Below are positions 26,301-31,872 of a stretch of 32,000 nt of DNA, in pieces; position 1 is the first letter of the stretch, and the number at the start of each line of letters is the position of its first letter. Under the pieces are notes generated by a model. That model was not told where the DNA came from. It saw only the letters and a list, made by a program, of their open reading frames with translations, and made no database searches. The stretch spans positions 13,506 to 45,505 of the forward strand of contig JBAYPN010000003.1 of the NCBI GenBank assembly GCA_041677685.1, in the 5' to 3' direction. The stretch is from an archaeon. GTDB lineage: Archaea; Iainarchaeota; Iainarchaeia; Iainarchaeales; CSSED10-239. The position numbers and the translations under genes are program-made.

Positions 26301-27414
26301 GAGAAACAATTTCTTGCTCTCCTTTAAACAAAGTACATTTTACATTTTTGATAGCTTCACTATTATCAGAATCAATTACTTTTAATTTTAGTAAACCAAT
26401 TATTTTCTTTTCTAATTTAATTTCTTTAGATTCAATCTGTCCTGAGACTATGGTTACTGATTCTCCATCAGTTACAACTAGTTCTCCGTAAGTGTGATTT
26501 TGGTCATAAGCAGAAATAAAATATTGTCCAACATTTAAGTTATTAAACTCTACAATTCCGTTGGTGTTTGTTGTTGCTGTTTCTGCCTTTATGCCATTAG
26601 CATTAGTTAAAGTAACAACAATGTTTGACACAGGGGTAGCTATGTCTTTGTCTTTTACAATAATTGTTACTGATCCTTTTTCTGTTTCAATTTCATCACT
26701 TAAAGAGATCTCTCCAACCTTAGAGCTATCATCAATTTCTAGATCTGAATAGTTTGGGGTATAAAATTGAAAGGTAGGTATTAGTTCTCCACAATCTAAA
26801 GGAACATCTTGAACAATCAACACCCCATCAATTATTGGAATGTTTGTTAGAGGTTGAAAACTTGAATCTTCATTTGAACATCTTAATTCATCAAGTAGAA
26901 GATATTCTGTTAACTGCTCTCCATCTCTTATAAATATTATTTTTTTGTCAACAGTTGTTCTTTTATCTTTTAGATAGATTGTAAAGTTAGAGGCGTCTGA
27001 AAAATTTAATTCAAGGGGTTTTTCTAATTCATATTTATTTGAATTTATTTTTAAAGAATAAAGAGTGTCTTTGTTAAGTCCACTAACCTTTGCAATTCCT
27101 AACTCATCAGTTGTAAATAGTTTTTCTGTTCCTGAAAAGGAAAGAGTAATTGTTTGGTTTGTTATGGGTTTGTTTGTAGAATCTACAAAAGTCAAATATG
27201 AGTTTTTTGAAATCACTGTATGATTTGAAAAAATCATAAAAGCTAAAAGAACTATTACACCTAAAATTATTAAACTAAAAATCGCAAAAGTCCTTATTCC
27301 TCTTCTTTCTAGAGGGTCAATTATTTTATATAAATTAATTCCTTTTCTGTCTAGCTTGTCTAAGAAATTAAAATATCTGTCTTCTAACTTTTGGTAAAAA
27401 GATTTTAAACTCAT
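20386..27414 (-). CDS. 2342-aa N-terminally anchored giant surface protein (leader motif, TM, CarboxypepD_reg-like repeats, N/Y/G-rich low-complexity insert, diverged C-module).
   Basis: ORF track. The ATG is at 27412-27414. The N-terminus is MSLKSFYQKLEDRYFNFLDKLDRKGINLYKIIDPLERRGIRTFAIFSLIILGVIVLLAFMIF. Repeats include LKLKVIDSDNSEAIKNVKCTLFKGEQEIVSQMTDEQGLVTF and VTDQKGLYGFILPALDLGDSVTVIVRKNGYK. The C-terminal part carries TCNDYYCDQEQ, KPGTYMVSAEL and EDNVCFKTD, which match the C-module signature. Confidence 0.95.
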   Translation of the reverse strand: MSLKSFYQKLEDRYFNFLDKLDRKGINLYKIIDPLERRGIRTFAIFSLIILGVIVLLAFMIFSNHTVISKNSYLTFVDSTNKPITNQTITLSFSGTEKLFTTDELGIAKVSGLNKDTLYSLKINSNKYELEKPLELNFSDASNFTIYLKDKRTTVDKKIIFIRDGEQLTEYLLLDELRCSNEDSSFQPLTNIPIIDGVLIVQDVPLDCGELIPTFQFYTPNYSDLEIDDSSKVGEISLSDEIETEKGSVTIIVKDKDIATPVSNIVVTLTNANGIKAETATTNTNGIVEFNNLNVGQYFISAYDQNHTYGELVVTDGESVTIVSGQIESKEIKLEKKIIGLLKLKVIDSDNSEAIKNVKCTLFKGEQEIVSQMTDEQGLVTFGLEENISYKVTFDNANYTFRVENNLRKSENVQTIRLDIINLETIRGLLITVVDDFSKPVEFADIKLLDSENNTVLKTTVADVYGKAVITNLDPKKSYRLEAVKGKFSSGISNPFMIFEREVNEQILKMSIGEGTFNVNVRDEFGDPISTNVSIYDTFNNLEISGKRSLTDTEGNTLVRVRADKVVYFVIDNYESKFFTTKYGVEANTVNNVNIVLPKVSSSSNIEFLGLFDNKGEIVSSVSPGQSVKARFLVNVNNNYSQVVAHIRTGKGNQCDNQTNLMEQDSIYIKKIDFAGNKIYGSTSYTPCLGELTDLKIKTNRDAKWFNVVIDNPYQGTYLVDADLVIGNDAVGTLPLFYRAEFKQGNSVLRYPIDSKLGTGLLTSTKQSLYAYTKETQIFTGQSNFCDSILCYNFSIFNENTKLTKNIIDKYSAQANTSHKFSFNLNIASKALQNATLNITTGSSVLLKDYSIDAVGSNLLKGENFDSIELGPLGTNDHISGVINFNIVSDAEDVITFNLLSDGEIVFTKTILLDIVKSKTMNLEIVPRTFAPFVPNDTIIAVTDDGNVPISNADVIIKINNEQTIESGVVTDQKGLYGFILPALDLGDSVTVIVRKNGYKRIEQVFEITNNLISVVPEKVDVVLDLSKELVNINNFSLINNTALPLAITNLSLENKNDFINLSVTSQENLIDSLEQVNISLKTSLTEEGINLEVQQNIVTNLLVTLNSSALNKFWTVKIPINIRVVFGNALDSVDCLLLDPVSLELRTTNGKQAEASFTLQNNCKVSGTAVSLGKLYANLDLQNQKEVGVISLYVNNKEYILEGNSLTEILQTIDAKKKVDLKVTFKAAEIDSALRSPKIVFSTTRVNQNGVDELEATLSLQTIINNYSKCLKLPEERVAVLACNMYGGQGMYNNYYGGNINRYQDPRIYSNFGNSYAQGFNMNRYFSPNNNYNYGAGYFNQSYNGMGSPNFYDGGAYNGYVGSNLTTLYGQQYPNNFYNNGVGLNNAYGYENYNFLETSPFVGQMGMTNLMGCPQRPIFIENSCSESVDIKFSDGYGVGVDSKHKEFTLEKGQKETIGVFGYDEMGTFNLSVSAKPTSDIDGDYEFVKDVAVDVSLPLSYMPSQCIRVTPQKIDFSTKVTGYEEVKIINTCFSKGYRLLEISYLDLNALSIDGVTFLDISENLGRIEPLKVSYDTQNTQTGEIYETWSIALKRNPEIQRMYLDDYLNKYKSRTGNIDAVTIVSSLRTLGFDFGESVSLKFMLQIKLQPPKTQSMPLFNNVGMELIDNLQWLGLINKENANVFGIYGGEIDYSKFSKETLKFVDTNAELEYLLEITKDGPVVFIKVPDKYLTKDKFNVLDLKDSSEKCFMGRINQFPIEGISSKAAYIPSSEKSMFFNNEGPVEVSIDFVEKYYFKLCFKRPTKELTKIESTVYDLFKNQFTIMETLEDNSSNRLGATKIGVIANLGAEKLGLVTDTQDNGEEEKDKIIDKILIDFENTCKSPDGTKSDYGYTSQSNYKKYGFDKLLFSWDSDEITTDTCNDYYCDQEQLYLSIGKKMDAISLNSGDNVTLGGIKFEKDLLGEIKLNTEVISEIDCSACQKARKTLKSESILDGYIDVSVKLLKKIPDEFKMLAIISVKHEDDSAFEEFIKTEITTNYYKSGTKIYFTLNEYLLIIDSLLDTNNDEEHLKQIFSTLDVGLGNGLNQFDVKIKKFGDLKNTYNKGLMEQKFLTKYSYELDLSSEITDIDKPGTYMVSAELLEDNKVKLKILSYVSEIDSKYKENALFFNPINPNKNKYLVPFVAVVPNQDYYESNWEKMQEGYILSLEGKENKDKPTIEYFNIKPLVIKNQTLSYNLIRNENNFKENYNKKVVFVSNNYTQGKKEIDYQLQFKASDYINFVEYDPKLNTNNGVYIYNIEKDMSDYLKKYNYKLVKDLVNGIKEDNVCFKTDQTKINFWLNYVK
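23173..23565 (-). other. Asn/Tyr/Gly-rich low-complexity segment bracketed by two Cys, within the 2342-aa protein (residues about 1284-1414).
   Basis: The ORF-track translation reads C-NMYGGQGMYNNYYGGNINRYQDPRIYSNFGNSYAQGFNMNRYF...VGQMGMTNLMG-C. By hand count the 129 internal residues include N 27, Y 21 and G 22, and only 7 are charged. Confidence 0.85.
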
Positions 27415-27438
27415 ATCTATTCTGCCTTATTTTTTGTT

Positions 27439-27448
27439 TATTTATAAA
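27439..27448 (-). promoter_or_regulatory. TATA-like box TTTATAAATA at -34 to -25 of the 2342-aa gene ATG.
   Basis: The plus strand reads tatttataaa at 27439-27448. It lies in the largest intergenic gap (179 nt). Only a weak AAGG is present 10 nt upstream of the ATG. Confidence 0.35.
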
Positions 27449-27593
27449 TTTAATATAATATATTATAAATATAATTGTTTATAAACTTTTGCATATTTCT
27501 TATTTCAAGTTTTGTAATGATTATGTTAATTTCTATATATTATTATATGCAAATAGTTTTATATATCTTGTTATTAATTATAGAAAGTTAATT

Positions 27594-29351
27594 TTAGTTT
27601 GAAGAAGTTGGAACACACCCTGGAGTTTGGTTAACCCCACCTTCATAACTGTAACAGGTCCAATTATCTTCTTCTGTAGAAAGTATTTGAAAATTTTCTT
27701 CTATGGGTTGGTTAGGGTCTTCTAAAATAAAATAACCAGTATTTAGACTATCTTTTATTTTTAATTTTAAGTTCTCTGTGTTTGGAACAAATGAAACATA
27801 ATCATCATATAAAGTTATATAAATGTAAATTTCCTTGTCATCATTAACTTTATATCTTACATCATTTTCTTCAAATTTAAAATTATATTTTACTGAATCT
27901 AATTCTGTACATCTCAATTGTGAATTAACTTGAGTGGTTGGAAGGCTTTGGAAATTTAAAAGAGGCATAAAAGAGTTATTATCCTCCTCATTAAAGAATA
28001 ACCCAGGTCCAAAGGAATTATTCCAAAATAGACTAGGATCAAATTTATAAACAGTCAATGGATTAGTTCCAGGGCTTTCAACTTGAGGAGCTTCTTCTCC
28101 ATATTTACTTATAGAGGAATTATTTCTAGAATCTATTTCATTTATTTTAATTTTTGTGTCAGGTAGGGTAGGTGCATAAATGTCTCCAAGCATTTCTAAA
28201 CGTCCATCTCCAAACACTACTTTTTTTTCTTCTGATGGATTTTTACCTAATTTGTGTAGAATGTTTTTTGTTGTTTGTTCAACTAAAGAATCAAGTATTG
28301 TTTTTGAATCTGATAAATAGTCTCGTAATTTATATTCATAAGGGTCATTTCCTTTAAGCTTAATATCTATTCCACTTTCGGAAATAAATATCCCATTTGA
28401 GCTTACAGATACAGAATAGTCACGATCATTACAAGTCTTATCAAAACCATCAACATCAACAGTTTCAAAAAGATTTGTTCTTGGAGCACAACTTCCTTTA
28501 TCACAAACCCCTACTCTTGCTTGTTCTAAAGAATTATGAATTACAGGATCAAACAACCCACCTTTATTAAAAGCATCTTGGGCAGGATTGTCTGACATCT
28601 CACCATCAGGTGTTAAAGCTATTCTCCTCACACTCTTAAATGCTTGAAAGCCTCTCCAAGGCATATAAATTTTATAGATCCTCTTATCAAATAAAGGTCT
28701 CTGAATAACATCATTATTTTTAAATCTTCTAATTGTTACTTTTGGTAACTTTTCCATATGCTCATCACTTAATTCTGCAGCACTTAGATATAGATAAAAA
28801 GAACCAACACAAATATCATCTTCTTCTTGTTCACAATTAACTACTTCTGCTTTTGTAGGTGCGTCTTCAAACATCTGCTCAATAACTTCTCTTAGGTCAC
28901 CTTCTTCTTCAGGAGAATCAACATTAATTGAATACCCAACAGGATCTTTTGAATATTTTAATTTTGTTAAAAGATTTTCTGTAAAATAACCTGTAAAATT
29001 TGATTCAAAAAAAATTCTTAATATCATCTCATCTACAAAATCATTCCAAGAAAGTTCAACTAATGGTCTACCAATTAGTATTTCATTACTTTCACTTGAT
29101 CTAAAATTTTCCCATTGTTCTCTTAACCCAACTACAAATAAATTAAAAGCATCTGCTCTTGCTAGATCAGAAACAGTTATTAGATCAGAGATTGAGGATT
29201 GGTCTTCAATTAAGGAAAGATAAGTGTCTTCTGTTTGAACCATATTAAAAATTAAAACAAGAGTTATAGATATTAACATTAAAGAAACAAGAGCTGTAAA
29301 AAGATTAAATCCTTTTTGATTTTTATAAATTATTTTATTTTTAAGAAACAT
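27594..29351 (-). CDS. 585-aa protein with a type IV pilin-like (class III) signal peptide. Possibly a large minor pilin or pilus-associated adhesin.
   Basis: ORF track. The ATG is at 29349-29351. The N-terminus MFLKNKIIYKNQKG/FNLFTALVSLMLISITLVLIF has a Lys-rich leader ending in K-G, followed by about 22 hydrophobic residues, with Thr instead of Glu at +5. The remainder has about 10 Cys and no family I recognise. Confidence 0.88.
   Translation of the reverse strand: MFLKNKIIYKNQKGFNLFTALVSLMLISITLVLIFNMVQTEDTYLSLIEDQSSISDLITVSDLARADAFNLFVVGLREQWENFRSSESNEILIGRPLVELSWNDFVDEMILRIFFESNFTGYFTENLLTKLKYSKDPVGYSINVDSPEEEGDLREVIEQMFEDAPTKAEVVNCEQEEDDICVGSFYLYLSAAELSDEHMEKLPKVTIRRFKNNDVIQRPLFDKRIYKIYMPWRGFQAFKSVRRIALTPDGEMSDNPAQDAFNKGGLFDPVIHNSLEQARVGVCDKGSCAPRTNLFETVDVDGFDKTCNDRDYSVSVSSNGIFISESGIDIKLKGNDPYEYKLRDYLSDSKTILDSLVEQTTKNILHKLGKNPSEEKKVVFGDGRLEMLGDIYAPTLPDTKIKINEIDSRNNSSISKYGEEAPQVESPGTNPLTVYKFDPSLFWNNSFGPGLFFNEEDNNSFMPLLNFQSLPTTQVNSQLRCTELDSVKYNFKFEENDVRYKVNDDKEIYIYITLYDDYVSFVPNTENLKLKIKDSLNTGYFILEDPNQPIEENFQILSTEEDNWTCYSYEGGVNQTPGCVPTSSN
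29241..29351 (-). other. Class III (prepilin-type) signal peptide with hydrophobic N-terminal helix.
   Basis: The sequence is MFLKNKIIYKNQKG/FNLFTALVSLMLISITLVLIFNMV. The putative prepilin-peptidase site follows Gly14. Confidence 0.55.
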
Positions 29352-29378
29352 ATATTATTTATTTTTAGATAGAAGAAA

Positions 29379-29385
29379 TTATAAA
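29379..29385 (-). promoter_or_regulatory. TATA-like box TTTATAA at -34 to -28 of the pilin-like gene ATG.
   Basis: The plus strand reads ttataaa at 29379-29385. It lies in a 124-nt gap, and no SD motif sits upstream of the ATG at 29351. Confidence 0.35.
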
Positions 29386-29475
29386 TATTAACTATTTTTC
29401 AAGAAAAAGAATTATGTAAATATTTTTTAAAATGTGTTGTTTGTAAAAAATATATTTCCAAAAATTATTTTATTT

Positions 29476-31818
29476 TTAAATAGGAGACATTATGTTAAAG
29501 TTTGGTCCTATAAAGTCTAATGGGGAAATTAATATATCTACACTTGTGCTTGACATTTGGTCTGAAGAATCTTGGGCAGTTAAAGTGATTGTGTGTGGAT
29601 AAGTTATGAAGTTTGGATTGAACAATATTATACTTTGTGGTAAAATCTTATCTGCGAAAGGTTGATTTACAAAAATACTTTTTGTAAGAAGATAATCTGT
29701 TGGATAACCCCAACCAAAGTCGTCTGGAACTAAACTAAAGTTACAGTCTGTACTTAATAGTTGTTGGGTTTCATCTTTCCACTCGCAACTTACAGACCCG
29801 TTGTTGTTTACATAACTGCTTGTAAACATTATTGGTAGGGAGTGAGAGTAAGTCTCTCCTGAGATTGGGTTTAGAATGGTTATTGCAAAGATTGGTGCTT
29901 GAAGAATGGTTATGGTTACTTCTGAAATGGATTCTTGCTCTAACTCATCTGTAACTTTTAAAGTTATGTCTTGTGTTAAGTCAACTCCACCAAATTGACT
30001 TGCCTGCATGTCAAAGGTGCAGTTGCTGTTTATTAAAACTGGGTTTGTGGAATAGTTTTTATACCACTTACAGTTTGCTGTTCCAATATTATAATCGTAA
30101 GTTCCTTGAAAGGAAATGGATTGATCAGTATAAAAGGTTTGATTATTTTCTGGACTTAATATTTCTGAAGTTAGGTTGTTGTTAGGAACCTTAGATTGTA
30201 GATAGGCTTTTAGGGTATAGTTGTCTCCGGAAAGTGCCCAAACTTTAACTTCTGTGTCCACTAAACCGCTGTATGTGTTTGAGGTGGAGTCCCAAGGAAG
30301 ATCTATTAGATTTGGAATATAATCTCTTGAAATGTTATCAAAGACACCCCATGGCATACCTGCTAAATCATCATACTTGTTTGTATATAAATCCCCTGGA
30401 CTTATAGGAGGTATCATATCTGTATTATCTAAAAGGTTTTGTTCAAAAATGATACCAGGATGACTTATGTCATCATTAAAAAAATTCATATCTTCGTCAT
30501 ACATTATACAGTTAAAACAGACTTCTCCTGCATAATGACTTTGAATATAGTCTTCATCAATATGGTAAATGTCAAGACCACCAGTTGGATTTAAGGCATT
30601 ACCTATTAACCCATGCAATAACCATTTGTCTTGATTTGTAGATGATATGTATCTATTTGAAACTAAGAAAAACTCGTTTGAATATTGAGTACTTGTGTCT
30701 TGTAACTTATAAATATCATGCGTGTCAGCTAATGAGTCTAAATTAAAAATACCATAACTATCAATAACAGAAGTTACATTTGCCCAACCTAAAAAATATT
30801 TTGACCAAGGATCAAAAGAAACTGGACGACTTCTATCTGCTACAATGTCTGTCATTACTGAAAGGTATAATAAACCCATATTATGTTGGTTACCTTCTGG
30901 ACTTATACCGTAAAGATCAGGTAATCCTAAAATGTGAGCAAACTCATGAACTGCAACCTGTATTTTTGTTCTACAATCTTCAGGATAATAACCTGCTACA
31001 CTTCTATAAGCACTACAGATATTTTCAGGGTAATGGCTACCAATTGTCGCTGTATTTCCATAGTATAAACCTTGAACTGAATAGTTTGTAGAACCACTAA
31101 ATATTCTTGTAGAATCTAATAAGTTTCCAGATTGACTTTGAGCAGAAACTGCAGCATGGATTATTATCATTCCATCTATTCTTCCATCATTATCATTATC
31201 ATATTGACTAAAGTCAACATCTGAAAAAACATCAACAGTGTGTAGTATTAATGCAAAAGCATTTGTATTATTTTGAATATAGAAAGAATATGGATTTTGA
31301 ACTTCTCTCCAATCATAAATATCAAACTCTAAATCTAAGGCACTATTTGATGCAATATTATAGTAGGTACTTACACTTTGTGCATTTCCATCTAAATAGT
31401 TGTCAGAGTTAAACATGTCTTCATAGTCTGAAACTGTTAGGTTAGAAAGATGAGGATAGTCTGAAAACTCAACTAGAAAAACAGGAATTTTCTTGTAACC
31501 TTGAGAAGAACAAGTTGCCCAAGTGTTTTCAACACTTGAATAGGAATCATCTCTATTTTTTGGAGTTACATTTTTAAAATAAGCTTTTGCATCTTTTACT
31601 TCCGGAGGTAACAGCACATCAACATAATCTCTTTGAACAGAAGGAAAGATTCTCGGAGTTCTTGAAATCTTTGAAGAACTGATCTCAGGAGTTGAATTAG
31701 CTTTTGAAACAGTTGGAGAATAACTAATAGATGCAGAAAAAACAACTCCTACAAAAAATAATATAAATAAAGGAATTATTATATATAATAATTTTAGATG
31801 ATTATTTGGTTCTTTCAT
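29476..31818 (-). CDS. Secreted M6-family-like (immune inhibitor A type) zinc metalloprotease with two C-terminal Ig-like repeats.
   Basis: ORF track (29476-31839, first codon GTG). I prefer the ATG at 31816-31818, which gives MKEPNNHLKLLYIIIPLFILFFVGVVFS/AS. The motif VAVHEFAHILGLPDLYG (HEFAH at 30934-30948) matches the HExxHxLGLPDxY signature of peptidase family M6. Upstream context also fits that family's domain (IPVFLVEFSDYP, DNDNDGRIDGMIIIHA). Confidence 0.85.
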   Translation of the reverse strand: MKEPNNHLKLLYIIIPLFILFFVGVVFSASISYSPTVSKANSTPEISSSKISRTPRIFPSVQRDYVDVLLPPEVKDAKAYFKNVTPKNRDDSYSSVENTWATCSSQGYKKIPVFLVEFSDYPHLSNLTVSDYEDMFNSDNYLDGNAQSVSTYYNIASNSALDLEFDIYDWREVQNPYSFYIQNNTNAFALILHTVDVFSDVDFSQYDNDNDGRIDGMIIIHAAVSAQSQSGNLLDSTRIFSGSTNYSVQGLYYGNTATIGSHYPENICSAYRSVAGYYPEDCRTKIQVAVHEFAHILGLPDLYGISPEGNQHNMGLLYLSVMTDIVADRSRPVSFDPWSKYFLGWANVTSVIDSYGIFNLDSLADTHDIYKLQDTSTQYSNEFFLVSNRYISSTNQDKWLLHGLIGNALNPTGGLDIYHIDEDYIQSHYAGEVCFNCIMYDEDMNFFNDDISHPGIIFEQNLLDNTDMIPPISPGDLYTNKYDDLAGMPWGVFDNISRDYIPNLIDLPWDSTSNTYSGLVDTEVKVWALSGDNYTLKAYLQSKVPNNNLTSEILSPENNQTFYTDQSISFQGTYDYNIGTANCKWYKNYSTNPVLINSNCTFDMQASQFGGVDLTQDITLKVTDELEQESISEVTITILQAPIFAITILNPISGETYSHSLPIMFTSSYVNNNGSVSCEWKDETQQLLSTDCNFSLVPDDFGWGYPTDYLLTKSIFVNQPFADKILPQSIILFNPNFITYPHTITLTAQDSSDQMSSTSVDILISPLDFIGPNFNIMSPI
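29521..30180 (-). other. Two tandem Cys-pair Ig-like repeats at the C-terminus of the metalloprotease.
   Basis: Repeat 1 reads ILSPENNQTFYTDQSISFQGTY..ANCKWYKN..NSNCTFDMQASQFG..ITLKVTDELEQESISEVTITI. Repeat 2 reads ILNPISGETYSHSLPIMFTSSY..VSCEWKDE..STDCNFSLVPDDFG..ITLTAQDSSDQMSSTSVDILI. Confidence 0.6.
30934..30948 (-). other. HEFAH zinc-binding motif of the metalloprotease.
   Basis: The plus strand reads gtgagcaaactcatg, so the minus strand reads cat gag ttt gct cac. It is in frame with the ATG at 31818. Confidence 0.85.
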
Positions 31819-31840
31819 AAATATATATATTAATAACACC

Positions 31841-31848
31841 TTTTTAAA
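31841..31848 (-). promoter_or_regulatory. TATA-like box TTTAAAAA at -30 to -23 of the metalloprotease ATG. Candidate archaeal-type promoter for a leaderless mRNA.
   Basis: The plus strand reads tttttaaa at 31841-31848. No SD lies at a usable distance (the only GGTG is 18 nt from the ATG). AT-rich DNA produces such motifs by chance. Confidence 0.4.
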
Positions 31849-31872
31849 GCTTACTTTTTTAACTTAAGACAA

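Noticed and set aside
27545-27554. ATATGCAAAT resembles the eukaryotic octamer motif ATGCAAAT.
   Set aside because: This is a coincidental word in AT-rich spacer DNA. Its only notable property is that it forms one arm of the 9-bp inverted repeat reported separately.
6305-31091. The eleven plus-strand ORFs of 60-126 aa in the track (6305-6505, 6998-7342, 8035-8253, 9520-9735, 11426-11806, 21069-21251, 24596-24868, 26561-26752, 28172-28357, 29973-30185, 30780-31091).
   Set aside because: Each lies entirely antisense to a much longer minus-strand CDS; only 6998-7342 extends 25 nt past the ATG at 7317 into the spacer. Their translations are low-complexity Leu/Phe/Ile/Ser strings typical of the reverse strand of AT-rich genes. 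None has an SD or promoter-like context that I could see, and several start with TTG.
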